The notes beneath the pieces were generated by a model. The model saw only the letters and a program-made list of their open reading frames with translations, did no database searches and was not told where the DNA came from. Of a stretch of DNA of 64,000 nt, positions 1 to 11,704 are shown piece after piece. Source of the stretch: Marsupella aquatica (lineage: Eukaryota; Plantae; Marchantiophyta); NCBI GenBank assembly GCA_973895155.1, contig OZ316891.1, forward strand, positions 5,303,708 through 5,367,707, in the 5' to 3' direction. The first letter of the stretch is position 1. Every line of letters begins with the position of its first letter. Made by a program: the position numbers and the translations under genes.

Positions 1-797
1 GGTTTCTCCTATCATTTTAACAAATAAGTAGGAGAACGCGCAAAGTGGTAGAATTGCACACATTCCCACTTCTGAAAATAGGAGCTTCTCCTAGTTCTGA
101 TTTAATGTGGGACCCCATGTTAAAATTAAATTTCCCAGTATGTTATGTAGTAATTCCTGAGGATATCTTTGGGTAATTTTAATACTTTTAAGTGGAACAA
201 GGCACTTATATTGTTTATGTAGATTGTTAGGTTATGATTCATGCATCATTACCCATTTAGAATTCATTGACACAATTTTTATAGCCCAAATTGATGCTCT
301 GGTTGAAGATTTATGAGCAGTTTTAGTGTTTGTAGGTAAGTATACAAATTCTGGTCTGAACACAAGAGAATTGGCAAAAACCCACTTATTACCGATGGAA
401 AATACAAATACTCTACTATTGTCTCTTTGTAAGTAGGATTAAGAACACCAATATCAAACTAGGTAAAAGTCACACATAAGGTAGGATAAATTTGATTTCC
501 GACAGGGACATGTGGCAGTTTTTCCCTGTGTTCATGTTCACTCCAGCTCTGTGAAAGTTCTTCCGAGAAGAGTGTCTCACATCTTCCTATCGCTCCTGTC
601 ATCCAAGACAAAAAACCATCTGCTTAGGAGAGTCGGGTAGGAACTTTAGGGTACGATGGAGACGATCGATCTTAATTAGCGGAGTAGCAGTTTAGCTTCT
701 TTTAGAGTTTCTGATACTAAAGAGAGGGTTTTCCGAGCTTTGTGCTGACTCCTTACATACTTTGACCTAGGTATCCAGAGAAAGTTCAGGGAAAGTT

Positions 798-1043
798 ATG
801 GGTGGTAGGCAAGCAGTCGATGTCGGAGACGATAAAATAAACTTAGGCATTGAGCCTAAAAGTCGCATGAGAGAAGAGGTTGAGGAGCTCGAGGATTTGA
901 TTGAAGATGCACTCGAGGATGATGAGTTTGCCCAAGTTCTGCAGTTGGTCCCTCGGGATGAATTGAAGAACTATGATACAATGAAGGGTTTCAAGTTTCT
1001 AGCAGAGCAGCTATCTGGTTCCAGAGAGTGTGCAGCGCAATAA
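798..1043 (+). pseudogene. Small acidic protein of unknown function, paralog of 23393-23713, truncated by TAA
   Basis: Shares EDALEDDEFAQVLQLVPRDEL.NYD with the minus-strand copy; TAA sits where the paralog reads K and similarity (VQTVSVRLYV) continues past the stop. Confidence 0.5.
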
Positions 1044-1276
1044 TCTGTCCAAACCGTCTCGGTGAGGCTTTACGTTCTAACTGAAACCTGGATCTACTTC
1101 CTGTGCTGGTTGCTGATAGGTTCGACAACCTTTAGCTGAGCTGTCCATTTGAGTTGTTGCCCATGCCTGCCTTAACTTAGTTCAAGACCTCTATCGATGC
1201 TTTGTGTGTTTATTTGTTTTACTGATTTTTTTGATCCGATCCATAGCTGTATATACGTTTGTGATATTTCCTTTCC

Positions 1277-1597
1277 ATCACCCTATTCATTAAAAGTGTA
1301 TTTTATTTTGTTCAATTTTAGGCCTTGAAATGTACACTTTTTGGTCTCTAAATGTACACTTTTTCACCCCAAAAGGTACACTATAGTACAATAATCTACA
1401 CCTAAATGGTCAATTGTAAACTTGAGGGGGCAAAAATGATCTTTACTAGAAGGAGCCTCGTCCTAGTTCATTTTAAAAGAATGAACATGGTGGTATGTCT
1501 GATGGTCATCACTTTTATTTTTTGCCCAAATGTACACTTTTTATTGCCCAAATGTTCATAAATCAAATAATAATTCACTTTTAATGAATAGATTGAT
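1277..1597. mobile_element. 321-bp MITE with 4-bp TSD (TTCC), Sola-like
   Basis: TIRs ATCACCCTATTCATTAAAAGTG and CACTTTTAATGAATAGATTGAT; TTCC at 1273-1276 and 1598-1601; the paralogous arm (~23200-23225) shows the empty site; internal AAATGTACAC repeats. Confidence 0.85.
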
Positions 1598-1890
1598 TTC
1601 CCCAATCTCAGGCTGAGGCGACTTTGCTAGAAAGACCTGTATCTGCCCTTTGATTCAAATTAACCTTAGACCTACCAGTTTTTAAAATAGTCACAGAATT
1701 CTGACTACGGACATAGTCTTAAACTGAGTGCATATTAACATTTTAGTCAAAACATAACTTGCTATGTGTATTCTTTCATGTGATGCAGATTGTTGAAGGA
1801 TTCCCCGGAAGAGGAACCGGATCACGGTTACCCTTCAGGAAAAGGCTCCAAACAATGCAAAAGATTCCCCTGATCTGAAGAGTAATTTAA

Positions 1891-2099
1891 TGTTGTAAAA
1901 CACTTGCTCGTAAATCACTTAGGAGATTAAGCTTTTCTCTTAGCTTAACCTGCGCCTCCATTCTTACTTCCGGCCGCTCTCTTCCCTACTGTCGATCCTA
2001 GGTTACTACCTTCCCTCCGTTGATTCCCCTCTCCCTAAATCCTACTTATAGTGAGTCCTGCGCTCAGTCCTACGTAGCAATAGATTAGTGTTACCAACA
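1891..2099 (+). repeat. Copia 5' LTR (209 bp)
   Basis: TGTTGTAAAA...TTACCAACA; differs from the 3' LTR by 3 transitions. Confidence 0.98.
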
Positions 2100-2112
2100 T
2101 GGTATCAGAGCC
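2100..2112 (+). promoter_or_regulatory. Primer-binding site (tRNA-iMet)
   Basis: TGGTATCAGAGCC directly after the 5' LTR. Confidence 0.95.
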
Positions 2113-3756
2113 ATGCTCTGATTAGCGTCCGCAGGTATCATGCGTGTTCAGGTAGAAAGTTCCCTGACACTTAGTACCAGCAGCACTAGATTCTAGATTT
2201 ACTCGGAGCGTACTCAGGTTGAAAGTTCCCTGACTAACACGAGCACTGCTTAGAACATTCCTTGCTTGATTAGAGCAACTACTGACATTCATAAGATTAG
2301 ATTCGACTCAATCAACTCATTGCTTTGCTCAGGTTTGAAAGGTTCCCTGACACATCACTATTCTGCATTTCTTACCATTCTTCTCATTAGTGAATCAATA
2401 GTTTCTTTTTGCCATGGAACTACTGAGGATATTCTCCGACACCGATAAGCTAGATGGCACCAGTAACCACATGGCCTGGACCATTGTGGTTAAGAATCTT
2501 CTGAAAAAGGAAGACGTGTTTCATGAACTCAACTTCAACGCCAAGCCTGACGCCAACGGCAAGTACTTCATAGATGGCGGAGCCCATCTGACCGCCAAGG
2601 AGAAACAGAAGAAGAAGGACAAAGCTGTCGCCATTCTTGCATCTATAGTGAAGTTCAAATTTCTGTCCACAGTGGACAAGTTCTCCAACGATCCACCCAA
2701 GTGTTGGGAGCATTTTCATCAACGCTTTGGTGGAGATCTACTACAATGCCAGATGTTCCTGATGCAGAAGCTTCAGACTACACACATGGTCGAGGGGAGC
2801 TCTGTGGAACTCTACATCAACCGGATCAACGAGTTGGCCGGACAGCTTTCCAGCATCAACGCCGAAGTAGACGAAACGCGTCTCATGCATATCGTACTAC
2901 AAGGCCTTTCGCTCAGCTGGAATGCATTTGTTTCTATTTTCAGTGCTGATCTCTCTCGTACTCCTAAACCAAATTTTTCTAACCTTCTTGAACGTTTGCA
3001 ATCTGATGAATAATGGAGGAAGGCCAAACAGGCTCAGGCTGAGTCTCACGAAGAAGCTATGGCTGTTACACGTTCATTCACTCGCAGCCGGGGATGACCT
3101 TTTCATCGCCCCGATTCTTATCCACCTTGCAACAACTTCCGCAACACTCCGCCTCAATCTCAATCTCGGCCCAATCCAGCTCTCTCAGTTGGACGTGGGC
3201 GGCGAATCGGCACCTGCAACTACTGTGGAAAGACCGGTCACTGGGAACCAGAATGTGATCTAAAGAAACTAGATTCTCAAATCGCTGATCTTCAACTCAA
3301 AGCTGCTGGGATACGCAGGTACCAACCTCAAGCCAACAGTGTTGAGACCCCTCCTAACTACTACGATGGACCTGAGGACACCACAGAAGTCTACAACGAC
3401 AATGAGCATAATGACAATGAGCACGGTGAGTACTTTGAAGCAAACTACTCTGAGCTTGACACAACTAGCCATAGTCCTAGTGAGTGGATACTCGACTCCG
3501 GCGCAAGCACTCACGTTACAAGAGACAGTTCTGTCTTCCGCACTATCAACGCCGGCTCTCACTCCGAATCAGTGACTACTGCTAGCGGTACTCAGCTGCC
3601 TATAGCTGGACATGGTACCATTTCTATTGATCGCAATAAAGAGATCAACAAAGTTTTGTACGTGCCTGGTCTTCAACGGAATCTTCTCGCCATTGGGTTC
3701 CTCACCGACGCAGGCCATCTCATTCTTTTCAATTCAAAATCCTGCTTTGTTTTTGA

Positions 3757-4052
3757 CTCGGGGGTTTCACTTCCACAAAAATGGCATATCACGTGCGACG
3801 AAGGATAGGGTCATTTTATTGGTTCTAAGGGAAGACTTAAGAATTTTTGTAGAAGAACAATAGGGTCTTTTAAATTCAATTTTGAGACTTATAAGAACAT
3901 TAGGGTCTTTTTAATCCAATTTTTAGAATATTCCAAGAATATTCCAACTTTATAGGGGTTAAAAAATAATTTTTTTTCTTACATTTTAGGGGGTCCGAGG
4001 CCTAAAAACGTCGCAGGCGATGGGGAGGTCCCCATATAGTGAGACCCCCGAG
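3757..4052 (+). mobile_element. 296-bp MITE copy 1 (8-bp TSD, hAT-like)
   Basis: TIRs CTCGGGGGTTTCACT and AGTGAGACCCCCGAG; TSD GTTTTTGA at 3749-3756 and 4053-4060; excision restores CFVFDKDNP. Confidence 0.93.
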
Positions 4053-4976
4053 GTTTTTGACAAGGACAACCCGTCTAACATCTTCCTTAGAGGAGCTCGT
4101 GATCCTCGCAACCGCCTCTACAAACTGCGTCAACCACTGCCGCTTGTTCCTTCACACTCATTTCATCCCGACTTACTTCAGCAATCCCCTATTTTCACTA
4201 GTACATTTTCGGCCCTTTTTCCGATCCTAACAACATCGGACCCCTTCAGAAATTTTGACGCAGAAAAATGACCCGTCCGATGTGATTTACTTCGCACTTT
4301 CCCATACTTCACCCATCGGATATCGACAATCGGACATCCATCAGAATTTCCGTTTCTGATACAATCGGTACATCCGTTACTGAATGTTTCGGATAATTTG
4401 TGTCCGATTCTAATTTCATCGGATACTATAGGCCCACCAAAAGGTAATATCAAGGGTCCGATGTATTTTATATGGGATAGTCCGATGTAAAACATATCGG
4501 AGTTTGCGTAGCAATATGTATCGGGACATCCGTAGTGGTGTGTAACGCAAATTGCGATGCTGAAAATATCGGACATTTGGGAGGAGGGGTCCGAAATAGT
4601 TTACTTCAGAAGTTCTGTAGCGTATGGTATCAGATATGAGCTGGGTCACCGGCTTGACTAATAATGGATATTTAGGGTTTGTGGGGGTTTAATATTGGAT
4701 TCATGGGAATCATTTGGGGGTTTAGGTTTAGGGTTCAGGCTGAGATTGACAAAATAGGGTCCAAAGAGCATGCTGAAAGCAAGGTAGTGGTTGAATTAAA
4801 TATCAGGTTTTCACAATGGGGAACACCCCAATATGTACAAAATGAAATGGGCCTAGGTAGGCAGTAGAGCCATATGGCCGGTGACGGCTACATGAAACAC
4901 CAAAATGAGGCTCTAACTGGCCTACACTATGTGGTACCTCTAATCAAAGCTATCAGACACTATGTACCACAAACCT

Positions 4977-7457
4977 CTAAAAAGGTGTGTTGCGTCCCTT
5001 CTTCTTCTTTGGGCGAGAGCGTGGGCGGGGTACAGGTTCGGGAGCGCGAGACCCCTCATGTTGGTGGCTGCCCACAACCGTGGTAGCCACCTGCTCAGCG
5101 GATGGCGTGGGTTGGCCTGATGCAGGTCTAGACCCTGAACCACTAGATGCACCACTACGGTGCTCAGGCAAGACAGATGTCCCACCACCCCCCGACACAG
5201 CAGAGTGGAAGGAGCCCTCTCCGGTAGACCTACGCGAGTGATGGGATGCTCCACCTGCATGTGTTGTCTCTGGCCCGTGCCGTGCTGTACTCCCACCAGA
5301 CTCACGAGATGGCGCTCGCCCCCTAGAACCACCATCCTGTATGTCACTAGTCCCTCGTCGTGGAGGGCCAGCTGGTGCACTATGTACCCCGGACCGATGG
5401 CCTGGTCCCACACGACCTCTACTACCCCCTGACGGCCCGGGCCTACCACCCCGTGATGCTGCTGAATGATGGGAGCCCACACCATCAGCATCATGTGAAC
5501 CAGCACCCTCTGCTGATGTGGGGGCAACATGAGGGATAGGGGTAATCGTGGCCACTCTCGCCGACCCTGCCGCATCCTCTGCATCCTCATCACCTGCATT
5601 CTCATCACCAGCATCCTCATCGCCAGCATCCTCATCACCACCGTCCTCATCACCTGCATCCTCATCACCTGCCCCACCTGACTCCTCATCCGATCCTGAC
5701 TCCTCCTCCTATGCAATACATAGCTAGGATTAAATTGTTGTTAAATTAGTTTATATAGGGCCTCCAAAACTCTAACAAATTCACCATAACCAAAAACATT
5801 TTCATAACCTAGGGGGAACACAAACCTCTCCCAACTCATCCTCAAGGTGGCGCTTAAGAGCGCGGGGTCCATTCCTCTTTGCCAAATCCCTCTCGGATGG
5901 CCCAATAGGTCTACCCCACTCCCTTTCCTGGCAGTTCACAGTCCCAAACAAAATATCCCATTAGCATGAAACCAAGCAATCTTGGACCCCATAATGCACA
6001 CCCTACATACCCCTCATTAAAACTGTTATCATAGTAAACCCTAATTTAAAATAGGACCCCTGCCACATACCCATACAAATCCTATACCCTATATATAAAC
6101 CCCTAATCAAACTAGTTCTCAAATTTAACCCTAATTTAAAAAACTCCACAAAGTGCTACTCAATCATGAAACCCCTAAAACCTAATACCAAAGTTAAACA
6201 GTTATTGCTATAAGCCCCCTAAAAATGCCACAAAACCTGATAATTAAGCTTTCCACGAGGGGTCCGATTCTCCATCCGATTGTCTTAGCATCGGAACTGC
6301 CTCGGAACGTTAGTGCCAAAAAATGAATAACAAGAGGTCCGATGCCGGGTCCGATGCAGAAAGAATCGGACACCTATCGGAAAGCACAGGGCCAAGAGCA
6401 AATTACACCATCGGGCCGCAAAGGGTTTAAAGCATTTGGAGGCTGAAAAATGGTCACTCTTCACAACAGAAGGTCAGGTGGTCGGGGGGAGGAGCTAGGG
6501 AGGAGGGAGAGGGGACTTACAAATTCGGCCTTCAGTCGATTGGAGCCGCCTTGCCCCATCCGGTGAGTGACCACAGGTCGACCTTGCACTCGCTACAAAG
6601 CTGCTATGATGTCCTTTGGTGGCTTGGGGAGTCTTACCTCTTGTGCATGCCACTGTCGTAGCATCTGTTGGAGGGGGAGGATGTCAATTTCCTCTCCAGC
6701 TTTCCTCTTCTCCTCTGCCAGGCTGATTTCGAGATTGTAGTGACGTTTTTGCAGCCAGGCTCGGACTGCTAGTTCCTCCTCAAGCCAAGCTGCCCACTCA
6801 TCTGAGGAAAGCGCATCTGGACAGCCCTGCTCCCTAACCACCTCTGCATCCATCGGCATCTCAGCAAGGTAGTTCCTGAATTTCTCTCTTTGATGGTTTC
6901 GCATGTCTGAGAGTGAGGCGGATATCCTCTTGTTCAAGAACCTATCATCAATGTGTGCCCCGTTCTTGAATCGTTCTTTCACTTGCTCTTGAATTCTGGA
7001 TTTCTCTTCCTCCTTCTTCTTGCCCCAGTAATCTAATGGCCCCAAATTGGCCCGCACCACTTGTTTGAATTGGCTGCGAAAGAGATTGTAGCCCCTGGGT
7101 AATGGAGAGCCACTCTCTGCTTCCTTTTGCTTGAGCTCCTCTACTCGCCCCTTCTCAGCTTCCCTAGCCTCCCTCCGAAGCTTCTTCTCTCGTTTTCGAG
7201 GAGAGAGAGACTCCTCTGCATCTGCCCTGCTTCTCTTTGCCTCCTTCTTCTTCTTTGCAGCTGCAATGGCTGCTACAGCAGCTTTCTCAGCCTCAATCTT
7301 TGAGGCATCGATCAAACAAGGTCTGCAAAAGCGGGACTACTCTAGCTGCATCCTCCACACTCAACCCGGCCCTAGCAACAAAAATCTCCTTCATCACCTC
7401 ATCGTATGCCCGAGAAGGTCCAGCCCCATCCCCACCACCAGATTCGCATCCCACCAT
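4977..7457 (-). pseudogene. CACTA accessory ORF2 (TnpA/Ptta-like), exons ~7457-6521, 5927-5826, 5708-4977
   Basis: Phase-0 GT/AG junctions join AEF|EREWGRP and LGE|EEESGSDE; Lys/Glu-rich helical N-region, HRMGQGG motif, GDEDA acidic repeats, C-terminal NLS-like PKKKKGR; 4-bp frameshift at ~7316 and TAG at 6593-6595. Family assignment is inference. Confidence 0.6.
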
Positions 7458-10120
7458 CTCCCCTCCTCCTTTGAGCTCCCCTCCCAGCCTCGACAATAGC
7501 CTAAGTGTCAAGTGCGAAGCTTGTCCCGACTCGCGGGTCTTCGCACCAGCGTCGGGACTTCTTTTTTGAAATCTGGCCTGTTGCGTCCGATGCAAATTGC
7601 TTCGGACTTTCCGAAGCCGAGAACATCGGTATTGGTATCGGACCTTCCGATATGTTTGACATCGGACCCCTCATTGTTAATGGGTTGCCTTGTTTTTGCC
7701 AAGGTTTGTTCGTTTCTTATAGTATCGGACCCCTCGTAGAATTCTTTCGGATGCACCTTTTCTTTCCCAAATTAAGGGGGTGTGATGTGTTTAGTTAAAT
7801 GGGTTGAATTGGGTATGGATTCTAGAGTTTTGGGGTTTTTTGAATTTGGGTTGGGTATGGTTGTGTTAACATTTTCTTTCCATTTAAATTGACAGGTTTT
7901 TTGATGTAGGGTGATACATACCTCACTGGGAGGGTGACCGTGACGTGCATGTGACTCTTGTGCATACTAGTTCCTTCTTCACGGATACAATTTTTGGGTT
8001 TGTTCTTGATTTTCATTTTTTGGGGGATAATTTTACTCTGGTTGTGCATACCTAATATGTTAGGCTATAATGATGCAATTCTTATATAGTCTTGCTTGAG
8101 ACATTGGTTTAGGGTTTTTATGAGGATAGTGTTGTACATTTTCTTATGATAACATGAAGCCATTGTTAGGCTAATGTTTGTGTTTGGATATGATGTGCAG
8201 TACCTTGATTTTGGCATGGAGGGGTAGGTTAATTAGTTTTTTTGAGGGGGGTTGGTAGTCTTTTTTGATAATGCACTATGCATAGCGTGAGACCGCGCAT
8301 CCAAGAGGTATGATGTTTCTTGGCCCATCCATGTATTCTCCTCAGGTTGTAACATAGAGGTTTACTTTGGCAAGTTTGACACATCGTTTGCCGAGGTGTG
8401 CATGTCGTGCACTTTTTTCACTTAGCTCACTATTGAAATGCCCACCTTGCAGAGACTTTGGATATCCCACACTTTGTGTGTCGAGAATATAGCCCAATAG
8501 GCACAGCAAAGCGCGGGTATCATTGAGGTACATAGGGCAATGTCTCTCTATGTAAATCTCCTTAATTATGTTTGTATATACATCGACACAAGAAGTTGTT
8601 TAATCTAACTTACATGTTGGATATGTATGTAGATGTCTACATCCGATAGTTCCACATCGGATTCAGACTCTGACACGAGCTTGTCCGAGGGGGAGGTTCC
8701 TCCACCCCCTCCTCTTGATCGTCCTCGTGCTCCACTAGGGCCCATACCTTGCTGGTGTGTGAGATGCAAGGGACTTGTGGTTCGACATGCCTGGGAGACT
8801 TGTGAGCACATTGAGAACTATGGTCGCCATGAGGGTGATATGCCAGGTTATTTGCCTAGCCAGGTAAATAATTATACATACATCCCCCCTTTCATTTCAT
8901 GAAACGGCAATTGGTGAAATATTGTATATAATTAGCTTGCATTCAAATAACACTACTTAATTTATTGTGTGTTGAAATAGGTGCCTCGTAGACCCCCACC
9001 TCCTTTGGTTGATGATGCTGTGTGGCTAGAAGGGTTTCTAGCAAGAGCAAGGGACTTGCTTGCATCCCCCCTTGCCCATCCACCTCTTAGCCCCCCTGCT
9101 CCTATCCCCATAGTCGAGCATGTAGAGGGTGAACCGGTCTCTCGACCGGAGGTTGGGTGTACAAGAGTCCTACGTACACGACCACGGTCTCGTAGACGTA
9201 GACGGCAATATGAGCCACTGGAACAGGTAGACAACAGGGAAGAGGTGTTAGGCAGTGCCCGACCATCCAACAACGTAGATTATATTGGGGTTGATGGACG
9301 GTTTGGAGCATCTTATCTCAGTGGTAGGGCAGCCGACATTTTGAAAGACTTTGATCCTAGTCTCTTCAAATTGCCAGACTACATTCCTATTAATGAACCG
9401 GTTGAGATATGGGGTCACTCTTGGATAGTGAAAGATTCCTCCATTGGTGCTGATATAGGATATGGTCTATATGCTTTGGAGGACATTATTGTCCCTCCAA
9501 AGCCATGGAGACGTGGCTATGATGGAGAGCACCTTTTCCCTTACATTGGAGCTATATACAACGCTAAGAGTTGGAACATTTTGTTGCGTCAACACCCAAG
9601 TTGGGGGGTGTACGCATTAAGGATGGACTCAGACCTAGACGAGGTCTTCACTAGGCCGTGGCATTGTAGGATGATTGATGGTGACCCTGTTCGGAATTGT
9701 AATTTAGCAGGGTACATCAATAGTACCACGGGTAGAGGTAGAGATTTGGAGGCTAATGTAGAGTGGATCCAGATGTTTGGTCCACCTAGCACTAGTACAT
9801 ATTAAGCTGATTTCCGATGCTCAATTTTTGCGAACAATCGGCGTCCGATTCTTTTAGCATCGGAAATTCCGATTATCAAAAAATGGCAATATGCCATACT
9901 CTCAGCTTCGGATATCTTCATTTCCGATATAATTGACAACGAAACCTTTCCGATGCGTTAAAAAACGGATCATATCCGTTAGAAAACACATCGGATCCCT
10001 CAATAGAAACTTTGATTGATATGTCCGATGTTTTTTGTAACGAAAATGATGTGCGTTACAATATTGATCGAAAACTTTCCGTAGTTAATAATAACGGATA
10101 TTATATCCGATTGTGCTAAC

Positions 10121-10300
10121 ATGGCAAAGTCCGATGTTGGGAGAATGGGAAAGTCCGATGCTAGGAGTATGGGAAAGTCCGATGCTAGAAGAATGGGAAA
10201 GTCCGATGCTGGAAGAATGGGAAAGTCTGATGCTGGGAGTATGGGAAAGTCCGATGCTAGAAGAATGGGAAAGTCCGATGCTGGGAGTATGGGAAAGTCT
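10121..10300 (+). repeat. 24-bp tandem array, ~7.5 units (ATGGGAAAGTCCGATGCT.G.AG.)
   Basis: Direct reading; each unit contains or approximates the subterminal TCCGAT core. Confidence 0.9.
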
Positions 10301-11140
10301 GGTTATGACAAAAAGAAATTTTTTGATTGTGTTAGAATGAAAAGTTTTGATGTGTTAGATGGGGTATGTGGTTGCACCGACATACTCTTCCCAAAAGATG
10401 CAATCATTCTTGCATGCATGAATAACTTCATACTTGAGGCAAATGGACTTGAGTGTTGTTTTTGCCTCATTCCAAGACATATTGTTCCCTTACGGAAATA
10501 TGTGCTCAACATGCCAAGTCCAAAATACATCATCTAGAAGGAGGTTGCTTGTCCCATGTAGTCTTTGTTGCAAGTCCAACAACAACATAGTTGATAAAAG
10601 ATGAGACAATCAGGAGCCATTGACGCTGAGGCTTTGGAAGGACCAAAATATCATCCATAACTAATAAGCCATAATTATCCCATATCAAATCTAATGAACG
10701 AGGGCTTTACTATCGATGAATGACCCCTGCCAGATTTCTATTGGTTTCTCCTAGGGGAATGTAATAGGGTAACTAGAATAGGTCACTTGATGCAAAGATC
10801 TAATCTCATGATAGAGAAAAATGGATCAAGAATGGGTCCAAATTATGGGTCTTAGTAAACTCACAAGTGTATAAAATCCCCAAACACTCTAAGTCAAACA
10901 ACAAAAGTGCTAAGCTTGCATGTACAATGTAAGGAATAAGAACCACAAAGTTAAGCTCATGTTGGAGGAATAGCAATTGGGATGGGTGACCAATTAGTTG
11001 AGAAAATTTGAAGAGTTCACATGTCAAGGGAGATGGGCACCTAGCTCATAGTTCCAAATGAAAGTAGAAACCCAATTAAAGGAAGAGATGGGTGACCTGA
11101 GCATGTCGCGTCCGCTGAAATGCATATCCCATTTTGATTG

Positions 11141-11298
11141 CTTCGGACTTTCCCATTCTCTCACCATCGGACTTTCCCATTCTCCTAGCATCGGACTTTC
11201 CCATTCTCTCACCATCGGACTTTCCCATTCTCCTAGCATCGGACTTTCCCATTCTCCCACCATCGGACTTTCCCATTCTCCCACCATCGGACTTTCCG
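11141..11298 (-). repeat. Inverted counterpart of the 24-bp array, ~6.5 units
   Basis: Repeated CATCGGACTTTCCCATTCTC, the reverse complement of the 10121-10300 unit. Confidence 0.9.
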
Positions 11299-11704
11299 AT
11301 AGAAGTCCGATTGTCGATATCCGATACTATTAAAATGGCATGTTGCGATGCTAGTAGTATCAGATATATGGTTTTTCAAATTTTATTTTACAAAGGCGTC
11401 CGATGTGGAGAGAATCGGAAAAAGGAGGTAAAATGTACTAGTGTAGAGCTCCATATTTTGTGAAACATATGGATGATCACATCATGACGGTCGCTGTTAG
11501 GACCATTAGAGCTGGTGAGGAGTTATTGTGTGATTATGAGTGGGATGCACCAAAATTGTCCCTACGTTCCCGTCCAAGATAGTTTCTTGGACTTACATAT
11601 ATACATATATATATATCGGATTCTTTTCCATTTTTAACATTGGATAATTGGTTGTTCACAATATTGATGTTGATGAGATTGCATGCATTGATGTTGTATG
11701 ATAG

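Larger units (their letters stand above)
552..1890. repeat. Left arm (part 1) of a diverged inverted duplication; continues at 19607-20095; partner arm 22519-23960
   Basis: tgaaagttcttccgagaagagtg (552) is the reverse complement of sequence at ~23938-23960; colinear similarity runs through the small ORF up to the Copia insertion site. Confidence 0.9.
9790..11443. mobile_element. Non-autonomous CACTA nested in the SET exon
   Basis: Termini CACTAGTACAT and ATGTACTAGTG; TSD TAG (9787-9789 and 11444-11446); TCCGAT-rich subtermini; no transposase. Confidence 0.95.
8633..11582 (+). pseudogene. CACTA-borne Zn-finger plus SET-domain protein (~391 aa reconstructed), split by a nested CACTA
   Basis: Exon 8633-8863, intron 8864-8980 (GT..AG, phase 0), exon 8981-9789 joined to 11447-11582 after removing the insertion. 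SET motifs SSIGADIGYGLYA, PYIG, IDG..NLAGYINS, AVRTIRAGEELLCDY. Confidence 0.85.

Noticed and set aside
1-540. Probable degraded TE end at the window start
   Set aside because: Cut by the window edge, with no TIR/TSD pair or ORF to support a call.
4940-5716. 258-aa minus-strand ORF (MRMQVMRM repeats)
   Set aside because: Shadow frame; splice phase and composition favour the GDEDA frame (5708-4977).
10113-11333. Repeat-protein ORFs (MGKSDARR / WESPMLGE) and a CRISPR-like appearance
   Set aside because: They are translations of 24-bp tandem arrays in a non-autonomous CACTA; there are no unique spacers or cas genes and the context is eukaryotic.
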